DNA from: Cycas panzhihuaensis
Lineage: Eukaryota; Plantae; Cycadophyta
Assembly (NCBI GenBank): GCA_023213395.1
Contig: CM041465.1
Location: forward strand, 197,353,741-197,417,740
Reading direction: 5' to 3'
Length of the DNA stretch: 64,000 nt
Part shown: one piece after another, positions 25,237-36,920 of the stretch
Layout of the letters: the number at the start of each line of letters is the position of its first letter
Position numbering within the stretch: position 1 is the first letter of the stretch
Made by a program: the position numbers and the translations under genes
The notes under the pieces: model-generated
What the model saw: the letters and a program-made list of their open reading frames with translations, nothing else
What the model was told of the DNA's origin: nothing
The model's database searches: none

Positions 25237-28200
25237 TATTTGTTTCCCATAATCTAAGAACTTCATAAATATCATGATAATAGATAAGTAGAGGTATGTG
25301 CTTATTCCTCTATTAGCTTAGATTAACGTAGCTTAGAATAGTTATTTTATAAGCATATGCTCTTATTTACCTATTGATCTATTATATGAGTGTATATATT
25401 ATTAGCCAATGATAATTTTGACCATGGTTAGTGGCTTTATTATTGTCCATTTGAGCTTAATGGGTTCATAATAGTCTCTTAATACCTTTATAAGACACAT
25501 CTCATCTTTCTTCTTCTCTATTTGTAGTTTTCTCCTACTCAACCTACTCTTTTGGTCATTTTCTTCTTCAAAATTTATCTATTTTTATCTTTTATCCACT
25601 CATCCTACCATGATTATTACCTATACCACTCTAATTTCTCCTCATACCATGTTGATTTTTGATATCTTGTTTTAATTTTTGCTCAAAATTGTCAAAACGT
25701 AAAGCTTTACAGTACCATAAAGAATCTTCGTGATATCATAGGGAACTTCATAATATATATTTTTTCACTTTAAAAGTTTTTTAGACCTATACTTAGTCAC
25801 ATATTTATGGCATTAGGATGTAGGCCTTCTTAATGGTTTCATCAAACCAAAGGGTTACCCATGGGTTTGAGTTGAAACCATGGGTTATTTATTGCCTATC
25901 CATCAATTCAGCCTTAAAACCATGGGCTTTTTACCCATGATTTCCTGTAATATATAGGCCAAAGTCCATGGACCTAAGTTTTCGTCTCTTTCTATTTATA
26001 CCCCTCATTTTCATAGGAAAGGAGGAGTCATTTCTAAGTTGCTTGAGCTATCATTATACTGCCAAATATTTGCTAGATTTCTTGTGATCATTCTATATTC
26101 ACCATTGTCTTCCACTCTTGGCTCAAAGTTTGAACACTAGATATTATTGGAGAATTCTTTGGTTGGAGAAGATCATCATTGGCATCCCTCCTTCTCTCAG
26201 AACAAAGGCAATACCCCCCCACTTTACCAGGATTTTCATCCCTTCACCAAGATTCTACCTACTTGCTTTCTAGAATTGAATCACTTTTTCTTATGCTTAT
26301 TTGTTATTGTGATTTTAGCTTTCCTTCTTTTGCATGTTCCACCTCTTTTATTTGTTCATGTCTTGTAGTCAAAAGGGGGCTCAATACTACTTGTTAAAGC
26401 TCCAAAAAAGGTAACTAATTTACCATTTCTAAAGATATTTTATATATTATTCATCTATTTATTTTAGTACTCATGCTAGTTTTAGTTTAGTGGCTTTTTC
26501 ATCTTGCAAACTAAATGTATTTTATACTAAACTAAGTTTTGTATGTTGAGGAGCCTTTTAGCAAGTTTATGTGTAGGTTGAGGAGCATTTAGAGCTATTG
26601 GGTGAGTCTTCTCTCTCCCCCCTTTTCCATTCTCCTTCCTATAAAAGTTAAGTGCCTATTGCGTAGTTATTATGCTACCAAAATTGTGTCAGAAAAGCTA
26701 CAAGAAGGTTAGTATTAAAGCATATTTGAAAAGTGATTTTTAGTATATTTAGTTTTAATACATATTTTTTTTCTTCATAGTTTAATCTGGCAAGTAGAAA
26801 CATTGCCATAGTTCTTCTAGAAATTGATTTTGATATCACATGTTGACCTTACATGTTATGAGATTTTTTGACAATTTAAAGAATTAATAATTACTTAAAA
26901 AGGGGGTTGAATTGATTATTTGGCACATCACACTAGGTATTATTTATAAAACCCTAGTTTCATAAGTTCAATTATAAAGAAAACAGGCTTATAAATCATC
27001 AATTTACTTTCTAGATTTGCTTCAAAAGAAAAAAATGTTAGGGAAAGAGTTAGTTTGTCTAATAATTGAGCATTGTAGGATTTCATTTCAAAAGAAAATG
27101 ATAGAAAGAAAAGAACAAAAAATAAGGGTCAAAAGGAATTTCTTTTTTATTTATTTTGTATACTACATTTATATTTTTATTTTGGCATATATCTTCTTAA
27201 AGACCCAATGTAGTGTATCTTCCTGAGATTATCCTTGTGAATTTGATGAAAGAAGAGTTAAGAGAATAGACATAAAACTTTTATTAACTTTGGAGGCCAA
27301 TGTTATAGAATAACTCACATGATAAACACTAAAAGAGCACCAAAAGAGTACCAAAGCACTTTCTCTTAAGAAAGGAAATAATGATCAATAATCCTTTATA
27401 AGAAATATCTGACCCTTAAATAGACAAAATAAGGTCTCTCTTCAACAATCCTGTTGGTAGGCCTAATGACCTTACATATCATTGGAGAACTTAACAGCCC
27501 ATACACAAAACTTAATAGTTAACATCAACACTTAAACCTTTAGTAATTTCTACATGCTAGTGTTTCCTTTTGCTTAAGAGATGGAGTTATGTTATAGGTC
27601 CCCCAACCCTTCCCCCAGTGCCCCCCCTTCCTAGTAATTTCTACATGCTAGTGTCTCCTTTTGCTTAAGAGATGGAGTTATGTTACAGGTATCCCCCCTC
27701 CCCCCCCCTTCTGATGTTTATCCCCTGAAGCATTGGAGATAAGAGTCATAATAAACAAAATTTTTAGAATCCCAGGTTGCTTTGTCTACATCATAATCAA
27801 CCCACTATATCAGGTGCATAGAAATAATATGATTATGGAGGCATTACTCATGACCGAAGAGGATTTAATTTAGTAGATGAGGATTTGTTTATTATTGAGA
27901 ATAGGTAGGGTGTTTTGGGGAGTAGTCTTTTTTCCTAATATATTTTTTAAGTAAGAAACATGAAAGATATTATGTATATTGGTGTCTAGGAAAAGATTAA
28001 CGGCATAAGTAACTTTAGTAATCTTTTGGAGGACTTTATATGGGTCATAATAATGCGATCTTAGATTATGGCCTTGATGAGACTTAAGGGATTATTATTT
28101 GTATGGTTTAAGGCAGAGGAATATTAGATCTCTAATGTTAAATGATTGATTAGACCACTGTTAATCAATGAGTTATTCCATATGATTCTATGTAGTGGCT

Positions 28201-28701
28201 AGGTTTTGCCCAAAGGTATGGAGGATTTGGTCCATCTCTTGAAGCTTTTGTTGGGATTAGGTAATCCAAAAATTGGTCCTCATGGTATGGTGTGAAGGGG
28301 GTGGATAACTGTATAATGCTAAAAATAGAGACATACCAAAGGTAGAGTGGCGATATGAGTTATACTAATATTCTACCAAGGAAAGCCAAGAGGTCCACTT
28401 AGCTTGGTATTCTAAGGTAAAGTAGTGTAGGTATGATTTTAGTATTTTATTCAAGATCTCAAATTGACCATCTATTTAAGGATGATAAGCAGAGATCATA
28501 TTGAAGGAGGTTCCTATGGCTCTAAAGAGTTCTTGCCAAAAGGATTTAATGAATTTAGGATCTCAATCATAAATGATAATCAAGGATAATCCATAAAGGC
28601 AAAAGATAAATTAGATGTATTGGCCAACAAGATGAAAAGATGTATATGAGGTGTGTATTAGGAGAAAATATGAATATTTAGTTAATTTATCAATAACCAC
28701 C

Positions 28702-31339
28702 TGTTTCCTGGCTATCGAGAATGGACTCGAGACACATCGACTTAGGTAAACTCAGGTATATGTTCTTGCTCCCATCCTCACTCTTGTTTGACCGAGGTTG
28801 CTTAATAGATTGCCTGATGCATGCTTGTCTATTATTCACATGACTGCATTACTTTCTTGCTTGATCACACTGCATGTGCCTGCCGCATGCCACTCAGCCT
28901 ATGACGACCCACTGTAGGGGCACTCCTCAACGAGTGCTACACCCCATATGGCACTTAGCCACCCACATCATCTCCACAACCCCTTGGGCACCTTAGTCAG
29001 TCACGTCTCGCCCATGACAATGTCTTACCTATACTTTGATTCGTCTTCCAAGTATGATAGGATTCCCAGTCGAGACCCGTCCCTCTTTTCTGACCACTTG
29101 TCAATCATCTGGGCACCAATTCCTAGCTTGTTCAGCCCTAACATACTTCCTATTTGGCTTTAGACCCCATTTCTGACCTGATTCAGGCCTATAGGTCCGC
29201 ACTATTATAAACTTAGCGGTACTACGATATTTGCCGTGGTACCACGATCTTTACCACAATACGACTATTTAAAAAAGTTTTTTAAAATAGACGCGGTAGT
29301 TCCTGCTCTTTTCGTGGAACTACCACGTGGCATCTATATTTTTTGACTTCCCCGTGACTCTCAACATTCACTTAGGGTTAGTGGAAGATAAAAACCAAAA
29401 AGTTAATCATTCTTTCCTCTTCTTCCTTCATTTTATGATGATGCTCCTACAGCTCTCTACTACCTACTGTAAACAGGATACTCTTTGGCTGCTACTCTTC
29501 CTACAGAGGTTATTGCTACATCTCAGGCTCAGCACCAACAGTGCAGGCCTCCTCTTGTAGGTTCACACGGTGGAAAGAAGAGCATTCACAGGATTCTCCA
29601 AGAAGAAAGATCCAAGGTCCCAAACCATAGTGGTGTTTCTCACGGTGGCCTCTCCTCCAAAACCAACCTTCAAACCCTGCCAAATACAGGTGCTTTCTTC
29701 TATCTTCCAGTAGGGATAAACTCCTACTCTCTGCTATAAGGTACCCCTTAATATTTGCCTTAAGATTCATGCTCTTTCCTTATTTTTTATGAATGAGTGC
29801 TTAAGTATATTTATTATTTTTTGACTTTGTGCTCATTTAGCACTAGTCCTTTGCACCTTGTATTATAGTGCTTCCCCTCTTATTCCTACAAGTCTGCTTT
29901 AAGGTGGCTGTGCAAGGGGGTGACAGAAAAAAAAGTGGAGGGAGAAAGGCGAGGATAGCCCCCCTTATTAACCTTCTCCCCAAGGGTCCAAACCCTTCTT
30001 TTCTTTCCCCTTGCACCTTTTGCCCCCCTTGAAGTTGGGCTAGGGACTTGGAAGCCTATCTTTAAATCTGAACCAGCATTGGTAGCCCCTTGCCACGCTA
30101 GTTTCATATCTACAGTTGCTAGTTTTGAGCATTGCATAAGCCCCAAAACTGCTCTCAGTTGGTTCATAACCTGTAGCTTAGCCCAACCGGACGATCTGCT
30201 GCTCATAGCACCTCATCCCTTGGGTGTGCTTGGACATCATTCCATTGGTTTCTCTATTTTCTTGCCTGCTAGTTTCATTAAGTCAATATAGTTTATAGTT
30301 GACCTCTCCTTCCCCGAGGCCACGTGGGGATTACCATGGGTGAGCTAGCCATTCTGAGGCTACTCTTTTGTTGTGGGTACCAGTTGATGTGGTCGCTTAT
30401 TAGAGTCCTGTTTGGAGTTCTTTAGAGTAATATGCACATGTTCTTAATTTAGTTTGATTTCAGCTCTTTTATTTTTACACACATATAGTAGATATATTGG
30501 GTGTCCCCTCTTCCAAGATGGAGAAACTTGTATGTTTTGACTGACAGGTTTTGCGATCGTGGAGATACATATGGGATGAGCTGGTTAATAGGTTAGTCTC
30601 TTGTTGGTTGTTTATTCTCGTTTCTCTTTTTTGATGCTTTGCCTTACTTTACTTTGTTCACATACTTTGGGGAGGTAAGTTAGCCCCTTCGACTGCTCAC
30701 GGTAACCATCACTGGATGGTATCACTTGTACAACAAGTGGAGCAGGAAAGCACGTAGAGTAATGGGAATTACCACACTCCATTCGAACACCGTGTCCAGG
30801 TATTCCTCTTTTCCCTTTTATTTTTTTCCTATAGCATTCTTTCCATGCATATGTTTGCATATTAAAGACACGTAGGAAACGGAAAAAGGGAAGGAATACG
30901 TCTTTGCATTTGTATGTTTTTCTTTTACTCACAGTTGCTTTTATTATATATAGGTAGTCTCCCTTGGATGCGAGCTACTCATTTCTCACTCCTTTGACTA
31001 GCTTATGCGTAGATATTACACTACGTATACCCCACCTACACGTTGCCTTCTCTCTTCTGTGAGAAGACGCAACCCTTTAGGTCCCTTCTTCCTCTTCCTG
31101 GCCATCCAAGGGATAGGAGGGCCTCACCTTTTGGGACGACCTAAGGCTTCGCCTTACACCCCTCTCCCAGGATCACCTTGAAGCAATTAAGCACCATTTG
31201 CAGGTCCCGAATCTGCGCTCCGGTGCACGGACGCCCTACATGGTGATTCCTTACCGATTAATCTAACTCATAACTTGACTCAGTTTTATATAGCCATTTC
31301 TTACTAAACATAGAAAACCACCCTGCGGGTAGCATTTCG
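28702..31339. mobile_element. Solo LTR (2638 bp), relatively young, inserted in the integrase of the Reina-like element
   Basis: Perfect 5-bp TSD CCACC (28697-28701, 31340-31344). Removing it rejoins the host integrase motif. Termini TG...CG. No RT/INT remnants. Retains many CpGs, unlike its flanks. Confidence 0.85.
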
Positions 31340-32357
31340 CCACCCAAATAGAGTCAAAACAAATATATGTAAGTAGGCTAGTGATAAAATCCATGATAAT
31401 GTCTTGCCATTTATCTGGTAAAATATATAGGGGTTGGAGGAATCTCAGTAGGGCTTTGGTATCCATCTTGTTCCACTAATAAGAGTCATACTTTGAGATG
31501 AAGGTGAAGATGATAGGTTTCATATGGGGCAAAAAAAAATTACATGAAAATATTGATAGGTTTTATCAAATCTAGACTAGCCCTTAGAGGAGTAGAGTGG
31601 TACTCTATTAAAATTAAGGAATGAATAAGGATGATAGGTGTACAAAGATGCAATTTCTAAATAACAGATGGTTGTTATAGGTTGACCAACCATTTTGGGT
31701 GAAAGCAGTTTTACTCCAATGGGAATAATCAAGTTGGGCCTAGTTTTTAGCCTATAATTCACCAAGTCAAATGAGGTGGGGCTTTGATATAACATGAATA
31801 CTAAGGTTGGGGGTACTGGAATTAGGATATAGACAAGAAAGGATATGTACAACCATATTGTCTTTGCCTTTCTTATAAGATATTATAAAGTCAAAGACCT
31901 ATAGGTGATTAATCCATTTAGCCTATTCTTCTAACATAACTAGTTGATCCAATAAACTATGGACGCTACAATAGTATATAAGGATAAGAAATTTTAACCC
32001 TAAGAGATGTTGATGCCACCTATTTATAAGGTAAAGGGTGGTTTTCATTTCCTTTTAGTATATAAAGAGTTAGAGTTCATGATATTTTAATTTTTAACTT
32101 TCAAATGTAATGGGATGTTAGTCTTGGATAAGAACCATACCCAGGCTAAATCTTGATGTGCCACATTTGAATTGGATGGTTGGATGAAATTATGAGTAAT
32201 GAGGACTAGGATAGAGGTCATTATTACTTTAATATATGAAAAAGGTAGCTTTCACCTCTAAATAGCACTGAAAAGAGTATTTATAGAGTAGGTTGATTAG
32301 TGGGGCTACTAGAGAGGCATAGTTTCATATAAAATAATGATAAAACCTCATAAGGCT

Positions 32358-32976
32358 TGTTGGCTATGTGATAATAATTAGGAGGAGGCTTAATTTTTTG
32401 GACCTTTATTGGTGCAGTTTCTCCACTTATATTTCCTTGGGGGGGTGCAAGGGGGGCAGTGGCCCCCCTTGGCCAAGAGGTGTCACAACCCCCCCTGCAA
32501 ATAGGGGTTCAAGGATAGTAGCCCCTGAAGCAAAAAGCTAGGGCTAAAAAATTATCAAATTATAAAGGGAATCTAAGTCATCCATAAAAAAGACCTAGAT
32601 TTAATGGTTATGATTGATGTACCTTCTCTTGTAACCCATTTTTTTAGTATTTGTATTTATATTATATCATATTGTGAGTGAGAAACTGTTGGTTATTGCT
32701 GTTATGAAAATTCTATGGTGACAGCATGTATAAATCTTTCATTCTTGACTAATAAAGATTAATGCCTTTCCTATGTAGATGTTTCCTTAGCATTCTACTA
32801 GGGTTTTACCACATTAAATTCTATGTACTGGGTAATATGTATGCTTTCTTATGTATGTTAAATAATCTTTGGTTTTATATACTTTCATTTATTACACTTT
32901 TGAATCCTTATTATTATTACAAAATAGTTAGATCTTTGTGGCTGGTTTTGATTATTTAGACTAGGTTTTCTCAACA
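32358..32976 (+). mobile_element. Solo LTR (619 bp, Copia-type termini) inserted in the RT/RH of the Reina-like element
   Basis: TGTTG...CAACA termini. TSD aggct (32353-32357) / agact (32977-32981). Removing it restores the FL(G)L-(T)-YY..FI RT thumb motif. Contains ggggtgcaaggggggcagtggcccccc repeats. Confidence 0.82.
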
Positions 32977-35640
32977 AGACTAAGAAATACTTATAATTAT
33001 GTAAGATTGGTTGGTGTCAACTAAGTAGTGATGAGTGATATGTTATCAAAATCCACTTGTACCCCTTATGAAGATATAATGTGCCTTACATACTAAAGTT
33101 TTATTTTTCTAAACTTATATTTAGAAAGTTTTCTATATAATTAATATTAGTATAAGCTTTAGAGAATAAACTCTAGATGACGAATATGTGGTATAAGAAA
33201 GAACTATAGATAAGGATATTGTCAAAGAAGATGATGATAAATTTTTAAAGGTGGGGGCCTAAGATCTTATTCATGAGTGCTTGGGAGGTGGTGGGTGTAT
33301 TACAAAGGCCAAAAGGTATCACTTAGAACTTGAAGTGGCTATGATGTATTATGAAAATTGTCTTATTGTAGTCCTCTAGAGTAATTAGAATTTGATAATA
33401 TTCAAATTATAAATCTAGCTTAGAAAAGATCGAGGCTCCATAGATCTTATCTAACATGTCATCTATCCATGGAGTTAGGAACTTATTTTTTATAGTAATC
33501 TTATTAAGTTCCCTATAATCCATATAAAGGCAAAATGAACTATCTTTCTTCTTAACTAAAATGATTAGGGTCGCATATAGGATTTTGTTGGGCTAGATTA
33601 TTTCCCTACCTATCAGTTCATTAGTGATTTTCTCAATTTCATTTTTTTAGAAGTAGGAATTTCTATATGGGTGAAGGCTAATTAGGTTATGAATGGATTA
33701 GAAGTTGATTATATAGTAGAAATCACAATAAAATGGGGTAACGGTTAGAAGGGGAGTAAATACTTGCTCATACTTAGTAATGACATCTTATATGCAAGGG
33801 TGGATTTGAGGGTCAACCTAAATATTATTAAGGAAAACTATATAAGTAAGGTTGGATTGAGGGTGTCTTTTTATGTGGCCTAACGAAACCAATTATTTTA
33901 GTAGGGAATGTATCCTATAGATTTTGTGCATTTAGCACATCTAGTCCTTGAACAATATAAATGGATTAGTTAGGAAATTATTTGTGCTATAAGTTCCTAA
34001 AGTTTGTAGCCACTAGATTCCCAGAATAGTGTTAGATCTTCTTATTGACAACACATAAAAATTTGAGGTCTTCATCAGCCTTATGCTCTAAATTAGAATT
34101 TGAGTGCTCATTAGAGGATAGGATGGGGTTAATAGAAATGACCATACACCTTGTTTTACAAATGTGACCATGCTAGATAGTCTACTTTTCTGAGTACTGA
34201 ACATAGAGGTAAGTCTCTATTCAATGTTGTACTTCTACTTGTGAGATTTGGACTCTTTTTGGGGAGGGTTCTTTAGCCTATTAATCTATTACAGGGAAAG
34301 TTATATCATCAAGTCATACTTGGGGACAATGAAAATCTATCTGTGATTGACTTGAATTATTACAGTAGGGTCAAGGCCATTGGAAATTTATCTAATGGGA
34401 TTGTGAGAGCCATGGGTTATCCTATTGAGTAAGTAAGGGTCTTTTAGCTATAAATTTTGCCTTTACTGCTCTAGCTATTTTGATAACTTCTTTGATAGAT
34501 TTTATGGATAATATCTTGAGGTACATCTAAATACGGTCTTAGAGGCCTACAATATAAATGTCTATGAAGGTCTATTTATCTAAACTCTAGCTTTATGGGG
34601 ATTGGTTATATAATGCTAGTAATTCATATGTAAAGACCTCCACTGATGATGTTTATTTAAGCCATACCAATTGAGTGAAGAATGCCTGACTCCAAGTGTC
34701 CTCATATTGCTCCAAAACATAATTTGTGAAGTGTAACTATATCTAATTCAAAGAGTATTATTTTTTCCACCAATTGAAACAATGATGAGCTTTTCTATCC
34801 ATGTGGATGAAGGCATATAGTAGCTAATCTTTTTTTGTCATTGGGTTGAGAGTGAAATAGGATTCCAATTTACTTATTCAACTACGAATACATTCTTTAT
34901 TCAACTCAGGATCAAAAGTTAGGATGTTGATTTTGTGATGGAATAGTTACTGCCTTGGTGGATGGCCTCCCTAAGATGCACTACTTCCTTGTGGAGGGTG
35001 AGAGGGAGGAGAGTTAGCCATCATATTTCATGTTCCCATGCTATTGGAATTAGACTACTTCATTTGGGTGAGTAGGGTAGAGAAATCTATCTTTAGAAGG
35101 AGTTTAGTTAACCTAGCCTTCATTTCTTATCAGAAAGCTTCAAGCTTAGTTTCTAGTGAAGAGATCCTTTCTCCTTGTGAACATGCCATAAAAATTATAG
35201 AATGGGCTTTAAAGGAGTAGGACTTAGTAAAAAGAAGGGAAAATACATAAAATGAGAAATAGCAAGAAAGAATAGGAAATGCTTTGAAAAAAGGACAGGA
35301 TAAAGAATAAAGGGGGATGGAAGGGAGCTTGGGGTGTTTATAGCTTGTTAACCCTAAAATTTAGGAAATAAAATCACTTAGTGCACTTAGACGAGTTTGT
35401 AAAATTCATTGAAATATGATATATGAGTTGTAAGGATGAAATTTAAGTAATGGAACCTATCAATGACCTAGGTGTCACTATACCCAAAAATGGATTGTAA
35501 AAATTAAACTAGTATAAATTGATTAGTGTGATATACTGATCAAAATAGGATATATAAATTTTAACTATAATTCTTTTGGCCATGGATTTATTTTTTATGT
35601 AGTGAGTTCAATTATTTAAGCCAATTTTTATTTTGATAAA

Positions 35641-35938
35641 TATTGAGGATGATGGAATAACATTCATTATGGCAATGTGGCAACATTGGGAGGCATGGAG
35701 CTAACTCCAGTTACCCTAGTTGACCCACTTCCCAATTATTTTAATGGTATTTATTAACACTAAACATCGATAAATGCTGGAATAACCTAACGACCCAACT
35801 ATTTAAACGAGCCTCATGGCCCAAAGATGTTTCTTAACATCACCAATATTTTGTGGAAATTTTGTTTATTATTTCACAATGTTGACCTTATAATCATTGT
35901 TCTACTCTGCCCTCAAGCCAACAATTGGTATCAAAGCT
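35641..35938 (+). mobile_element. LTR (~35641-35923) plus tRNA-iMet PBS of a disrupted element
   Basis: ...gccaaca at tggtatcaaagct (35926-35938). The start tattgagg is a guess from mutated TGTTG. Confidence 0.5.
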
Positions 35939-36920
35939 CAATTTATTTGTAGAGACCAACATATTTAATATATCTTTGATCTATATCTACCTTTATTACA
36001 GGTTCATTGGGTGTAGTATATCGTTAAATATACTTAGATGCCATTGCCCATTGTATGCTTTCTACATCTACATGGCTTCACACTCTTATGCAGTTGGATT
36101 TGTGGCTATTTATGACTCTTCCTCGAAATATTTTTATCAACATTATTTTATACATAGTTTTTAAACTTGATTTATATATGCTCTTTTTGCATGACCTGCA
36201 TGTATGTATACATAGTCTGCATGATTTATTTTGAACTATTAACTCTTAGGTTTTTGTAATAAAATCTATAGTGTGCTGGCTACTAATAATCTACAAGAGA
36301 TTGGAATGGGTTTTAGAGTTTATTTTTTTTAATTTAAATTTTATCGATTTTTCTTTAGTTTTTGGATTAATGAGATGACCTTGGTTTAATTGAGTCTAAT
36401 TTTATAATGAACGATCAAAACTATAGCACATGACTATTTATCTCGATCCTCTCTGAGTTAGTTATGCCGTGGAGAAGACCGTTCATTATTTCATTGATCC
36501 GTTGGTGAGAAATCTGCTTCTGAAGATTAGTTACCCTTTCGGTTTTATAAAAACCCATCGCTTGTCCAACTTTCTCATCAATTTTTTATATTTTTCTTCA
36601 TTTATTTTTTCAAATTTTTATGATCTATATGGGTGCCCATCCTTTATCAATCTAATCGATTTATTCTCCAATGATTTTTTGCTCTCTTTTGATCGATTTA
36701 ATCGATTGAAACCTCCTCTATAAGTCACATGAACTTTGTGCACTTAATTTTTCATTAAAATTTAATTTTCTTTATATTTTTTAATATAGTTTTAAATAAA
36801 TTTAATTGAATTTAATAACTTTTGAAGTTTAGCCCCTGCCTCATTAGTTAGCATGCAGTCACGTTATTGCCCTATATGACCCTGTTTTCTTGAAGAAAGG
36901 ATGAATTTGAAACTCAAATC

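Larger units (their letters stand above)
27301..35189 (-). mobile_element. Degenerate Ty3/gypsy chromovirus (Reina-like) with 3' LTR 27301-27687, interrupted by two solo LTRs; 5' LTR not recognised
   Basis: Minus-strand relics: gag start MACSQGERISSLE at 35189, RT IIFFDNILIYS (~33210), NYASLVAPLINLL, INT PDKWQDIIMDFITSL, FDSIWV|VIDKLTKY, SAYHP.IDGQ, YYDPYKVLQKI..HNIFHVSYLK, chromodomain HLI.WVDY..KATWD. G-rich PPT at 27692-27710. Confidence 0.87.

Noticed and set aside
25600-26960. Probable gypsy LTR fragment
   Set aside because: LTR-like composition, but no termini, TSD, PBS or partner identified.
29327-30932. Cluster of 70-106 aa ORFs as captured host genes
   Set aside because: All lie inside the TSD-bounded solo LTR, show no domain motifs, and are expected from its higher GC content.
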